Below, in pieces: positions 44,678 through 54,746 of a stretch of 64,000 nucleotides of DNA. The stretch's first letter is position 1, and every line of letters starts with the position of its first letter. The notes under the pieces were generated by a model. That model ran no database searches and had not been told where the DNA came from. It saw only the letters and a list, made by a program, of their open reading frames with translations. A program made the position numbers and the translations under genes. The stretch lies in the sequence record MW248466.1. One strand, given 5' to 3'.

Positions 44678-47221
44678 ATGGCTATAGAATTTAATGATTT
44701 TAATAGATTCAGTAAAGATGATTTAAGAAAATACAATCCTCTCTATTTTTATAAAGCATTTACTGAAGAAGATATAGAAAATTTAGATGATGTTATTAAA
44801 TATTGTCAAGGTCTAATTATTAAAGATCAATCAATGGCAGATAAATTAGAATCAAATGATTCAATGATGGAATCAGATTTATATATAAGAGCTAAAGATG
44901 ATACTCTTGATGATTACTATTCAGTTTTCGATAGAGATAGTATATTAAGAACTTATAAAGAAAAAAATCCTTATTATGGTAAATTAAGAAATTTATATGA
45001 TATTGATCCATACGATTCAAGAAACACTAGTGATTTTCAAATAATAAAAGCACTTAATAAAACTTTAGATAGTAAAGAAGAATCTTTATTATTGGAAAGT
45101 TATACAGAATCAGTTGAATATTTTAAAAAAGTAACTCATACTAGAGCATTTAATAATCAAATATATTACAGAGAAATGTTTTATATGTATCTAATTAATG
45201 CTACTCTACATAGATATATTAATAAAACTATGTATAGAATATTTGATGTTGATAGATATACAAGGAGAGATCTTAAAAATGCATTTATATCTAATGGTTT
45301 GGATTACTTTGATGAGTTCCCACTTGAGTACCAAAGAAGAACTTACAAAAGATTAAATGATTTAATTAGAAATAAAGGTACTAATGAAATATTTCCTATA
45401 ATTGAAGAAATATTTTCTATTAATTCTATTGATATTAATAAATATTATCTAGCTAAGCATCCGAATGATTTGAAATTTTATAAAACTAATGTAAATGATA
45501 ATTTCAATCCTTATAAAGATAATCAATATAGTTACAATGAGATTGTTGATCTTGATCCATACTGGAGAAATACTAAAGAAGAAGTTATGGATAAAGCATT
45601 TAATGTGATACAAACTAAATATTTGTCTACAGATGCTGTTATAGATATAATTAATAATAGTAAATCTTTATCATTCTTATACAGTTTAATCAACTTAATG
45701 AAAGAAGATAAAAATATTATTGAAGATGATAGCTTTAATATGACTAATACGAGAATTAGTTCTAGAAAGTTTAATGTTTTTGACGGAATTGTTACACTTA
45801 ATACACTTGTTATAAATTATATTAAATGGAATGATAGAATTAAAAATGATAAAAATATGAATATATATGCGTATAATTTTAATTCAGATATAAAAGATAC
45901 TGTAGATGATATTCGTAGCTATATCTATTCCAGACAATTTGATAAATCAGATTATACTGATTTTGCTAAGGAACTAAATTTCCTTAATATTAAGAAATTT
46001 AAAAATAGAAATACATTAAGCTATGAAGACATTATAGATGAATATGAATCATCTGATTTAGCACAACGACAATTTAAATTCATTTCTGAAATGTTAACTG
46101 GTGAGAATGGATCAACACAATTAGAATATTATATTGAAAATGATTTAATTATTGATGGTATGCGTTATTTATGGACTCAAATATCAAACCCAGAAAGAAA
46201 CTTCTTATTCAAAAATATTTCTTATTATGAAAACTTTATGAAGATATATAAGAAATTCTTAAATGTAATGGTAAGAGATGGAAGAATTGATAGAGAAGAT
46301 GTATATAAAATAATGATTGAAGATGATTCAATTGATAAAGAATTAAAAGATTTTGTTAAAGTTATGAATGTTAGATTCTTAAATGAATCATATGATAGAT
46401 ATAAAAATAATAAGAATGCTGAAAATATTGAAAATATAGTTACTGCAGTAAGAAAATCTATAGACTATTCAATTAAGAATAATCAATATACTTCTAAAAA
46501 ACAAATATCTAGATATCCTGCATTAAAATCATATATTTCAGATATATTAGTTTATGATGATTCTGATAAAGATTTAATAAATATTTATGACATTATTAAT
46601 ATGTATAGACATAATGAGAAATTCCGTAAAGAACTAGAAGAATTAATATATAATGCGAATGATCCTCATTTAAGAGAAAAATTTATTACATTGCATAAAC
46701 AACTATTTATCAATAATTCTAGTAATGATGTATTTGATGGGTTTAAGACTTATTCAGATTATCTTAAATTTAAAGAACCTGATTTGTATTATTATACTAT
46801 TGTGGAATCAGAAATATATGATGAAGATACATTTGATAGAGAAACTATCTTTAGAGAACGAATTTTTGAATTAGTTAGTAGTATTGATAATCATTTAAAT
46901 TTAAAAGAACAGTATTTTACTAATAGTAATTTTGTAGGTATAGTTAATTTTATCAGAGATTATATTACCATTTTAATTACATTATTTAAATCTTATTCAA
47001 CTGATTTAATTTATACTAGTCTATTATTTAAATTAGATGATAAATTTGAAAATAGTATACATTTAATAGATGAAGCTAATATTAAGTATAATGGAACTTC
47101 TAAAAAAGTAGATAAAATCAATACGCTTGATAATAAAAATATCATTGATAAAATTAATAGAAAAGAAAATATTGAGACTAAAGACGATTTAAAAATCTCA
47201 ATAATTAAGAAGGGAGATTAA
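44678..47221 (+). CDS. Large virion structural protein, probable baseplate component
   Basis: 847 aa; preceded by AACA-N6-TA (44628-44639); context of baseplate and PG-binding genes. Confidence 0.5.
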   Translation: MAIEFNDFNRFSKDDLRKYNPLYFYKAFTEEDIENLDDVIKYCQGLIIKDQSMADKLESNDSMMESDLYIRAKDDTLDDYYSVFDRDSILRTYKEKNPYYGKLRNLYDIDPYDSRNTSDFQIIKALNKTLDSKEESLLLESYTESVEYFKKVTHTRAFNNQIYYREMFYMYLINATLHRYINKTMYRIFDVDRYTRRDLKNAFISNGLDYFDEFPLEYQRRTYKRLNDLIRNKGTNEIFPIIEEIFSINSIDINKYYLAKHPNDLKFYKTNVNDNFNPYKDNQYSYNEIVDLDPYWRNTKEEVMDKAFNVIQTKYLSTDAVIDIINNSKSLSFLYSLINLMKEDKNIIEDDSFNMTNTRISSRKFNVFDGIVTLNTLVINYIKWNDRIKNDKNMNIYAYNFNSDIKDTVDDIRSYIYSRQFDKSDYTDFAKELNFLNIKKFKNRNTLSYEDIIDEYESSDLAQRQFKFISEMLTGENGSTQLEYYIENDLIIDGMRYLWTQISNPERNFLFKNISYYENFMKIYKKFLNVMVRDGRIDREDVYKIMIEDDSIDKELKDFVKVMNVRFLNESYDRYKNNKNAENIENIVTAVRKSIDYSIKNNQYTSKKQISRYPALKSYISDILVYDDSDKDLINIYDIINMYRHNEKFRKELEELIYNANDPHLREKFITLHKQLFINNSSNDVFDGFKTYSDYLKFKEPDLYYYTIVESEIYDEDTFDRETIFRERIFELVSSIDNHLNLKEQYFTNSNFVGIVNFIRDYITILITLFKSYSTDLIYTSLLFKLDDKFENSIHLIDEANIKYNGTSKKVDKINTLDNKNIIDKINRKENIETKDDLKISIIKKGD

Positions 47222-47226
47222 AAAGC

Positions 47227-48063
47227 TTGTTTAATTTTGATAGATTTTCAAGAAGACTCGTTGAGAGTGAAGCTATGGAACAAGAAAAAATAGATGAGAT
47301 AAGCTCAAGAGTGGAAACAAGAGACTCTAATGCTATTAACATCCAATCAGACTTTAAAGAAGATATAGGAAATTACATTAAAGGTATTGTTAAATTTTCT
47401 AATCCTAGAACAGGTGAATTAATACATCAAGAAGAAAATTTAGTTTTAATGAGAACTCGTGTTTGGTTATTAGAAAAATTATTTGGTAAAGGTATACCTT
47501 CAAACTATAATGCAGATAGTACCCCTGATCGTACAATTTGTTTATTCTCAATTGGATCGGGTGGAGCAGATGTTAACAATGCAGCTTTTTCTCCTTATAC
47601 AGTTAAGTATTCGGATCAAAAATTAAATAGACCAATTCCGTTTGTAGTAGAAAATCCAGATAAAGAAAATTCTGATTTAACTGCAAATAATCCTAGTATG
47701 ATTGAAGAATTATCTGATGAACAGAGAAGAAAATATTATCTTCCTGAAGATAAACAAGATGGAACTACTAGTTTCTATGGTAAACGTTTTACTAATGCAA
47801 CTAAAGAAAATCCTCTTGGAGATTCAAAAGGATGGATTATTGATAATGAAGATGGATCAGTAGCGTTTTCATTAAAAATGTCAGTAGAACCAGATGAAGC
47901 TAGAGGTTCTATTGTTAATGAATTAGGTTTATGGTTAGCCAAATATAATGAAACTGAAAATAAATTTGATGGTACTGAATTAGCTACAAGACTTACATTT
48001 GATAGTCGTTCTTTAAAGAACTTATCAGATGGATTAGATATAGAATATATCATTTATATTTAA
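47227..48063 (+). CDS. Virion structural protein, probable baseplate component
   Basis: Beta-rich C-terminus (SLKMSVEPDEARGSIVNELGLWLA) as in baseplate/tail-collar proteins. Confidence 0.5.
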   Translation: MFNFDRFSRRLVESEAMEQEKIDEISSRVETRDSNAINIQSDFKEDIGNYIKGIVKFSNPRTGELIHQEENLVLMRTRVWLLEKLFGKGIPSNYNADSTPDRTICLFSIGSGGADVNNAAFSPYTVKYSDQKLNRPIPFVVENPDKENSDLTANNPSMIEELSDEQRRKYYLPEDKQDGTTSFYGKRFTNATKENPLGDSKGWIIDNEDGSVAFSLKMSVEPDEARGSIVNELGLWLAKYNETENKFDGTELATRLTFDSRSLKNLSDGLDIEYIIYI

Positions 48064-48070
48064 TAAAATA

Positions 48071-48100
48071 ACCACAACGATAAATTAATATCGTTGTGGT
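48071..48100. terminator. Bidirectional terminator
   Basis: accacaacgata/tatcgttgtggt. Confidence 0.7.
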
Positions 48101-48104
48101 ATAT

Positions 48105-48323
48105 TTATTTTTTATCTTGTTCTTTTATCTCTTCTAATAGGATTTCATTAAAAGTAGATAACTTATCTATTACTTTTCTTTGATTTCTATTTTCTTTTTC
48201 TATCATATTGATTCTTATAGATATTTCTTCCAAATTCTTAAGAATTAATTTAGTTCTTACAATTAATGGTAGACCTATCAATAAGAAATATATTAAGAGG
48301 CAAAGGATAACAATCTGTATCAC
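48105..48323 (-). CDS. Small membrane-anchored coiled-coil protein
   Basis: N-terminal TM helix; GGAGG RBS on the - strand. Confidence 0.6.
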   Translation of the reverse strand: MIQIVILCLLIYFLLIGLPLIVRTKLILKNLEEISIRINMIEKENRNQRKVIDKLSTFNEILLEEIKEQDKK

Positions 48324-48393
48324 TATTGGTTTCCTCCAGTACTTACATTATAGAAAAAATTTTTATAGAAAAGGGAGCGTTGATGAAAATACT

Positions 48394-49062
48394 ATGAATT
48401 ATAAAGAATCGTTTAAAGAATTCGACTTCGGAAGAGACTTTGAAGCTGTGGTTATAGATAACTCAGATTTTGATACAAAATATGAAGTTAAACTATTTGT
48501 GTTTGAACTAATAATGACCACCTTGCAAGATTCCCCAAGAAATATCAAAAGAAACCTATACGCATCAAATATTATTAATATAGAGGATTTAGATATATCT
48601 GAAAATATTGATATTGGAAATTATTTAGTCTGTCAACCGTTGATGAATAATGATCTTGATAAACCTTTAAGAAAACCTGAGTTATATGACAGAGTTTTAC
48701 TTAAATTCCATAATGCAAATCCTAAATTTCCATATTATTACGATATGCATCTTCCAAGAAAATATAAACCTGAAGAACCTCATATTCCTAATAGAAGACA
48801 AATTAAAGGGAATTATTATAGATTGCTTATGTATAGAGAAGAAAATATGACAGGAAATGACGTTAATGTAGTAGGAATAACATTGTATGGTCTTGGATAC
48901 TCTGTCAATAAATATGATAGTAAAAACTATATATTCGATAGAACTATGTTAGAATCATTGTTGCAATTCCAAAAAGATAATAACCTTAAACAAGATGGAG
49001 ACGTTGGACCAATTACATTTAACAAATTAATAGAAAAATACAATGCAATTAGTTATTGTTAG
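48394..49062 (+). CDS. Protein with C-terminal peptidoglycan-binding (PG_binding_1) domain, possibly a baseplate hub/gp5-like protein
   Basis: MTGNDVNVVGITLYGLGY...LLQFQKDNNLKQDGDVGPITFNKL; start moved to ATG 48394 because the track extension overlaps the opposite-strand gene. Confidence 0.7.
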   Translation: MNYKESFKEFDFGRDFEAVVIDNSDFDTKYEVKLFVFELIMTTLQDSPRNIKRNLYASNIINIEDLDISENIDIGNYLVCQPLMNNDLDKPLRKPELYDRVLLKFHNANPKFPYYYDMHLPRKYKPEEPHIPNRRQIKGNYYRLLMYREENMTGNDVNVVGITLYGLGYSVNKYDSKNYIFDRTMLESLLQFQKDNNLKQDGDVGPITFNKLIEKYNAISYC

Positions 49063-49080
49063 AAATGAGGAATTAAAAAA

Positions 49081-49665
49081 ATGTATTATGAAATTAAACA
49101 AGATAGACGAAGAAGAAGTAATACTTTTCAAACACATGTAATAATTACTCATATGAATAATTTAATACTTAAAGAGAATAAATTTAGTGATAGAAATTTA
49201 CTTAAAGGATCTTATAAATATTCTTGGGGTAAAGTTCAGAATTATCTAATTAGACATGCTAATATTAGAGCTTTACCTATGCATTATTATGTAGAATTGA
49301 TAGATAAAGATTACGCTGTTATGGAAGGATTATCTGATTATAAACCTAGTTATTACCTTCAAGAATTAGCAGATAAAGGAATTATACCTCAGAAATATAA
49401 AAATAGTATTTTAATAGCTGTAGCTGATGATTTTAATTTATATAATCCCGATGTACGTATGTTTAAACATTTAGCAGATAAATTATTAGTACCTTTATGT
49501 AAAAGACACCGATTAAGTTTTCATGAAATAAAATTATTAGACGAAATTTATAGAGATGATTATCTTGATCACCTTGATGAAAATCGTTTTGAAACTAAGT
49601 CTATGAATAGATTTGATAAACAAAGATTAAAAAATCAATTTAATATTTACAATGTAATGAAATAA
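49081..49665 (+). CDS. Amidase_2/T7-lysozyme-fold-like protein
   Basis: HVIITHM, PMHYYVE, SILIAVADDF and LADKLLVPLCKRH follow the amidase_2 layout. Confidence 0.5.
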   Translation: MYYEIKQDRRRRSNTFQTHVIITHMNNLILKENKFSDRNLLKGSYKYSWGKVQNYLIRHANIRALPMHYYVELIDKDYAVMEGLSDYKPSYYLQELADKGIIPQKYKNSILIAVADDFNLYNPDVRMFKHLADKLLVPLCKRHRLSFHEIKLLDEIYRDDYLDHLDENRFETKSMNRFDKQRLKNQFNIYNVMK

Positions 49666-49998
49666 AATTTATTTATATTTTGTTAATAACAATATAAATA
49701 TAGAAATTTAGATTTCTATATTGTTTTACCTTTTGTTTTGTCTTATGTTTGTGCTCTGATTTCAAAGTCATTTTGCTCTTAACTTCGTATAGTATAAAAC
49801 TTTGCTATTTATAATTTTTTTAGCTAAGTTGATAAAGCTTATAAGCTTTATTGGACAAACTGCCATGTCAAATTTATAAATAACTTACAATATATTAGCG
49901 TATTAAGTTTTTATAATAAAAAATTGCTCGCTTAATGATTAAATTTCTATTTTAATCTTTATTTATGATTTACTCCTTATATAAATAAAAAAATAAAT

Positions 49999-50028
49999 CC
50001 CCAATACCATAGAAAAATGGTATTGGGG
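49999..50028. terminator. Bidirectional terminator
   Basis: ccccaataccat/atggtattgggg with A/T tracts on both sides. Confidence 0.75.
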
Positions 50029-50035
50029 TATTTTA

Positions 50036-50749
50036 TTAACCGAAATATAATTTCTTTCTGTTACTATTAAATATAGAATAATTTTCCATCTTTTCTACTA
50101 ATTCTTTACGTTTATCTCTTGCTTCACGTAAATCATCCATATTAAGATTTAATTCTCCAAAAGTAGTTTGTAAGTTCTGGAATCTACTTCTCATAGCATA
50201 TAATGATATTTGAACATCATAAGAAGCTAATTCTAAGAAATAGTCATGCATATTATTTGGTACAGAACCGAAATGTTTATCATGATAAGTATTTAGAACG
50301 ACTAGTAAATTAACTGTTCCAATTACAGCAGAACTTAATATTTCTATTTTATTAGGATGATGATATCTGAAAGTAGATGGTGATAAATTAATTGCCATTA
50401 AATCAGACATCATTTGACTATCTATAGGATTTCCCATAGCAAATCCTGCATAAGGACTCATATTACCTGCATATCCTGTTAAATTAGTAATAGGATTATT
50501 AGCTCCAATTACTCTATTAATATTAACTATAGGATTCTCAGAATCAATATAGAACATATTAGTTGTACCTTCTACTTTATCTTCCGGTTTTATAATTACT
50601 CTTTCTTGTTTAGGATGAAATTTACTAAATGTAGGAATAGTGAATCTTTCTACTGTTTTAATAATTTCATCAGGTTTTAATTCTAGATCAGTGAACATGA
50701 AACCTACATCACGTTCAATATAGTTAAGTATTTCTGTATTGGTTAACAT
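50036..50749 (-). CDS. Neck/head-completion protein (T4 gp13-like)
   Basis: ILNYIERDVG...LELKPDEI at the N-terminus and GELNLNMDDLREARDKRKEL at the C-terminus echo gp13. Confidence 0.55.
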   Translation of the reverse strand: MLTNTEILNYIERDVGFMFTDLELKPDEIIKTVERFTIPTFSKFHPKQERVIIKPEDKVEGTTNMFYIDSENPIVNINRVIGANNPITNLTGYAGNMSPYAGFAMGNPIDSQMMSDLMAINLSPSTFRYHHPNKIEILSSAVIGTVNLLVVLNTYHDKHFGSVPNNMHDYFLELASYDVQISLYAMRSRFQNLQTTFGELNLNMDDLREARDKRKELVEKMENYSIFNSNRKKLYFG

Positions 50750-50773
50750 AACCTTTAATCACATCCATACATA

Positions 50774-52784
50774 TTATTTAAAGTTTCTATAGAAATCATC
50801 AAGTCCATTAAGAACAGATTCTTCTAAGAAAACTTTAATAGTTTTATTACTTTCTTTAATTGAAGCTAATTGAGATCCTTTATCATAACTGATATTAGAT
50901 TCATCAACTCCAGCAAATCCCATATCTTCTGCAATGTATTTTACATTATCTGAATTTTCTTTAATATAAGTTAAAACTTCTCTAGGTGAAAATTCAGTAA
51001 TTTTACCATTAGCAAACATATCAATTGATTCATTTACCATTTGTAAATCATTAGGATTATAGTTATTATGTCCTTCTGAAATAATATTTTGAATATAAGA
51101 ATCTTGATGAGATGGAATTACTACCCAGTCATAACAAATTAATCTTAAAGGTTTAGTAACTTCAACTTCACCAGAAGGTGTTCTATTAATTTTACTGAAA
51201 CCACGCATTGAGAAAGATACATCAGACTTTTGTCCAATTAATCCTTTCATATCTTTACCAGCTGATGTTTGAGCTGTTTCTACTTCACCCATTAATTTAT
51301 TCCCATTCCACCAAGTTCTAGTGATAATGTGTGAAATATTTCTTTGATCAATATACATTTGACGTTTAGGTTCATCACTTAAGGGATGACCTGACTCCAT
51401 TACCTTCATATAAGTTCGTTAGACTTATACCGTCTTAAAGACTGCTCTATATTTCTATAGACGATGAGACCATATCAAAATCCTTTATAAGAATAAAGGA
51501 CCTCTCAAATTTCGATTTCACTTGAAATCTACTCCCTTTAGGGATGGTCGTTGAACTATCCAATTAAAGTTAAATCTTTATTTCTACATTCACAAATTTT
51601 TGTATTATGAAAATCACACATATTATATCTTTCATATTTTAAATCATTGAAAATTCTTGTGGACTTATAACATATACAAAATTTGTACTGATTTTCTTTA
51701 GGTATTAAATAGAAATAAGGTCTGATTAAGTCTAAAAAATCTAGTATATCATCAAATTTTTTCATACCGATATCTTTTATTTTTCCTTTTTCTCTCATCA
51801 CTTTAAAGTTCAAATTAAATTTTTCATTAACTTCTTTAACAAATTTTTCAATATCTTCATCTTTATACGAAGCTAATGTTATTTTTAATCTTCTACTTAA
51901 AGTTGGTTTTCTATTATTTGGTCTCTTTTGATATCCCACTGATAGTGAACCATCATCGATATACCAAAATAATAGAACTATAGGATCGATAAATTTTATA
52001 TCGGGTAATCTTCTAGAATTATCTTCGTATCTTGATATTTCAATCATATTACGAATTAATTCTTTTTCTTTTGAACTTATACTAAATCTTAAAGTATTAA
52101 AATGACCTTTTCTTACTTTATTAGTTTTATAATATTCACTAATAATATTATATTTTCTATTTATATATTCTACTTCTTTTATAGATTCTTGTGTGAATCC
52201 TAGAGATGGATTGACATTATTTCCTCTCGGAGCTTCTATATGTCCATCACCAAGTAGACTTCCTAAAATAATAGAGTTAACTTTTTCTTTTTCCATATTA
52301 ATCATTCCCTTAATTTTATAATTATATGTTAAGGGTGACCTAATTAATAGGTAAAAAAGGATAGATGCTGATTATCCATTGTTAACAGTACTTAGGACCT
52401 TATATTATTAAATGTATAAAAATAATAAAAGGCTTTTATTTCACCATATACCATCTTAACTATTGTTTCTACTTTTCAGTGACCATTAAGGTTAGTTAAG
52501 CTTTAGGAGTTCCCAGCAATTAAAGAGATTTCGACACTATATTACTATAATGAAGGGCAAATTCTACCATAAAAAGTTCTTCTTGCTAATTTTTCTTGTA
52601 TTACTGGACTATCTAATCCACTTTGAATAACATCTTTACGATAAACACGACCATTACGGTTCTGTCTATCCGCTTCTTGTAACTCAGCAATGAATCTAAC
52701 TGATTTATTATTATCTTGAACTACTTCTGGTTGAGAAGTTGTGTTAGATTCATTAATAAGATAAGCTTTTATATCTTTAGACAT
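50774..52784 (-). CDS. Prohead protease (T4 gp21-like), spliced: join complement(52566-52784, 50774-51397), about 280 aa
   Basis: QNRNGRVY in exon 1; splicing restores TFYG|ESGHP (catalytic His); SFSMRG (catalytic Ser) and DWVVIPSH in exon 2. Confidence 0.88.
51398..52565 (-). mobile_element. Group I intron (1168 nt) with homing endonuclease
   Basis: P AATTGCTGGGAA, Q AATCAGCA, R GTTCAACGACCA, S TGATATGGTC; 5' exon ends in U with a U.G pair, intron ends in G. Confidence 0.9.
51556..52305 (-). CDS. Intron-encoded double-motif LAGLIDADG homing endonuclease
   Basis: IILGSLLGDGHI and LLFWYIDDGSL motifs; lies between intron elements Q and R. Confidence 0.88.
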   Translation of the reverse strand: MINMEKEKVNSIILGSLLGDGHIEAPRGNNVNPSLGFTQESIKEVEYINRKYNIISEYYKTNKVRKGHFNTLRFSISSKEKELIRNMIEISRYEDNSRRLPDIKFIDPIVLLFWYIDDGSLSVGYQKRPNNRKPTLSRRLKITLASYKDEDIEKFVKEVNEKFNLNFKVMREKGKIKDIGMKKFDDILDFLDLIRPYFYLIPKENQYKFCICYKSTRIFNDLKYERYNMCDFHNTKICECRNKDLTLIG

Positions 52785-52818
52785 TTATTTAACTTCCTTT
52801 CACATATTAAATTTAGAA

Positions 52819-52856
52819 TATTTAAATGTTTGATAAGCAATTTTAACAATAGAATA
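52819..52856. promoter_or_regulatory. Divergent putative late promoters (AACA-N6-TA on each strand)
   Basis: - strand 52819-52830 faces the protease; + strand 52845-52856 faces the head genes. Confidence 0.5.
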
Positions 52857-52884
52857 TTAACCTTAATGAAAATATGAATAGGAT

Positions 52885-53904
52885 GTGAAATACTTGAAGA
52901 ATTTCAATGAAGTAGAAAGTGATTTAAAATATTTCATAGAACAAACAGATAATGATTCTTTTCCTGTTGATTTATATGATAAATTAATCGATATTGAAAA
53001 GTATGCAGATGTAGATTCTTTTACAAGTGATCAAGTTAGAAAATCGGTTAAATATCTTGTTGCTTTAAAAGATTCATTAGAAAGATTTGAAATTGAAAAC
53101 GAACAGTCTGAAATGGCAGTTAATATGGTTCTTCATAAAATAGAATTCTTAAAGGATAAGTATAATACTCTTTATATTAATAAACGTGTTCCAAATAATG
53201 GTTACATAGATAACTTATATAAAGAAGATTTTAGTTCTAATATTAATACAGAATTTAATTTTAAACAATTAACTGTAGCACTAGCTGAAAGTCCTGCTGA
53301 TTCTAAATTAGAAAGAAAAGCTGTTATTAATTTCTTAATGGAAGGTACTATGAATTATCTTAATGAAGCTTATGACGATGATGATGATGAAGATTATCTT
53401 GATGGTCTTGATAGTAGTTTTGAAACTTCTAAAGAACCTAAAGTTGCTGAAAAGAATTTAAATAGATTGATTGGTTCTGTTAAGAAAGCAACCGCATCTT
53501 CTAAGAATATGGATGATAAGCAATTAGCTAAATCTAATCGTATTAGATTTGTAAGAGCTTTATTAACTGCGATTTTATTCTGTATTGGATTGAAAATTAG
53601 TTCATCGGCTATAGGTAAAGCTAAAACAGCTTTAATAGGTTTATTGACTGTAATTGTCTATAATGCAACTAAAGGTAATGAACTTAATAGACTTATCATT
53701 GTATTAGAAGAAAGAATTCAATCTTTAGAAAATAGAATTGATTCAACTGATGATGAAGGAAAAAGAAAAGAATTAAGAATATTAAAATCAGACTTAGAAG
53801 GTCAACTTAAGAAAGCTAATTTCCAAAAGAAATCTATTGAGAAAACTAAAAATGCAATTTCTCGTGGAGATGTAAATGATAGTGGGTCATCGTATGACTA
53901 TTAA
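52885..53904 (+). CDS. Putative internal head/ejection protein
   Basis: L-x-E processing-like sites, acidic patch, hydrophobic helical hairpin, C-terminal coiled coil. Confidence 0.5.
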   Translation: MKYLKNFNEVESDLKYFIEQTDNDSFPVDLYDKLIDIEKYADVDSFTSDQVRKSVKYLVALKDSLERFEIENEQSEMAVNMVLHKIEFLKDKYNTLYINKRVPNNGYIDNLYKEDFSSNINTEFNFKQLTVALAESPADSKLERKAVINFLMEGTMNYLNEAYDDDDDEDYLDGLDSSFETSKEPKVAEKNLNRLIGSVKKATASSKNMDDKQLAKSNRIRFVRALLTAILFCIGLKISSSAIGKAKTALIGLLTVIVYNATKGNELNRLIIVLEERIQSLENRIDSTDDEGKRKELRILKSDLEGQLKKANFQKKSIEKTKNAISRGDVNDSGSSYDY

Positions 53905-54568
53905 TAATAGAGATCTTTTATCTGAATCAATTAAAAAATTATTAAATGGTAATAATATTCTTAATGAAGCTGAAGATGATGAAACTAATAATGATTCTTC
54001 AGATACTAATACAGATGATACAAGTTCTGAAGATACTAATAGTGATAATGAAGAATCTTCAGAAGAAAATACAGAAACAGAAGAAGATAATCAAGATGAT
54101 AGTAATGAAGATGATTCTAGTACAGATGACCCTGAAAGTGATCCAGAATTAGATGATGGTTCAGAAGAAAATTCAGGTGAAGATAATCCTTTAGATGATC
54201 AATCTGAAGAAGAAAATAATGAACCTAAAGAAACTAATTCTGATAAATATCTAAAATTACAAATATTTAATAAATTAAACGATTTAATAGATGTGTCATT
54301 AAAATTTAAAGATATTGTAAATGAAAAGAATATGGAATCATTTGATAAAAATGAAAAAGAAAAAATGAGTGAAGTTACAGTACAAACTTCAAATAATATA
54401 GACAGTTTAATTGATAGTATTAATTTATTTAACAATAAATTTATAAATAATATTGATGCTGATAAATGTGAGAAACTTTATAAGAAGTTTGAAAATACTT
54501 ATAACGAAATCTTCAATATTTATTTAAAAGAATACAATAAATTGAATAAAGACAAAAAAAGCAAATAG
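53876..54568 (+). CDS. Acidic putative scaffold/prohead core protein
   Basis: D/E/S/N-rich tract after ILNE|AE; immediately upstream of the capsid gene. Confidence 0.5.
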   Translation: MIVGHRMTINNRDLLSESIKKLLNGNNILNEAEDDETNNDSSDTNTDDTSSEDTNSDNEESSEENTETEEDNQDDSNEDDSSTDDPESDPELDDGSEENSGEDNPLDDQSEEENNEPKETNSDKYLKLQIFNKLNDLIDVSLKFKDIVNEKNMESFDKNEKEKMSEVTVQTSNNIDSLIDSINLFNNKFINNIDADKCEKLYKKFENTYNEIFNIYLKEYNKLNKDKKSK

Positions 54569-54746
54569 TTTTATATTTCAAATTTTATTCCGTTTTATTA
54601 ATATTTATAAAATTAATAACATTAACATATGAAAAGAAATATTTCATTACAAATAATGATTATTTTTTATAAACAAATTTATATAATAAAATTAATAAAT
54701 ATAAACTACACGCTAATATATTTAAGAAAAGGAGCAGAAAAAATTT

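Noticed and set aside
48208-48393. N-terminal extension of the PG-binding ORF
   Set aside because: It overlaps the opposite-strand gene 48105-48323; ATG 48394 is more plausible.
49670-49870. Two overlapping 32-aa - strand ORFs in the gap
   Set aside because: No adjacent SD and no recognisable motif; kept only as an alternative to the ncRNA hypothesis.
50774-51409. Track start MKVM for the second protease ORF, and the RICPSL tail of 52545-52784
   Set aside because: Both fall inside the intron; the true junction is TFYG|ESGHP.
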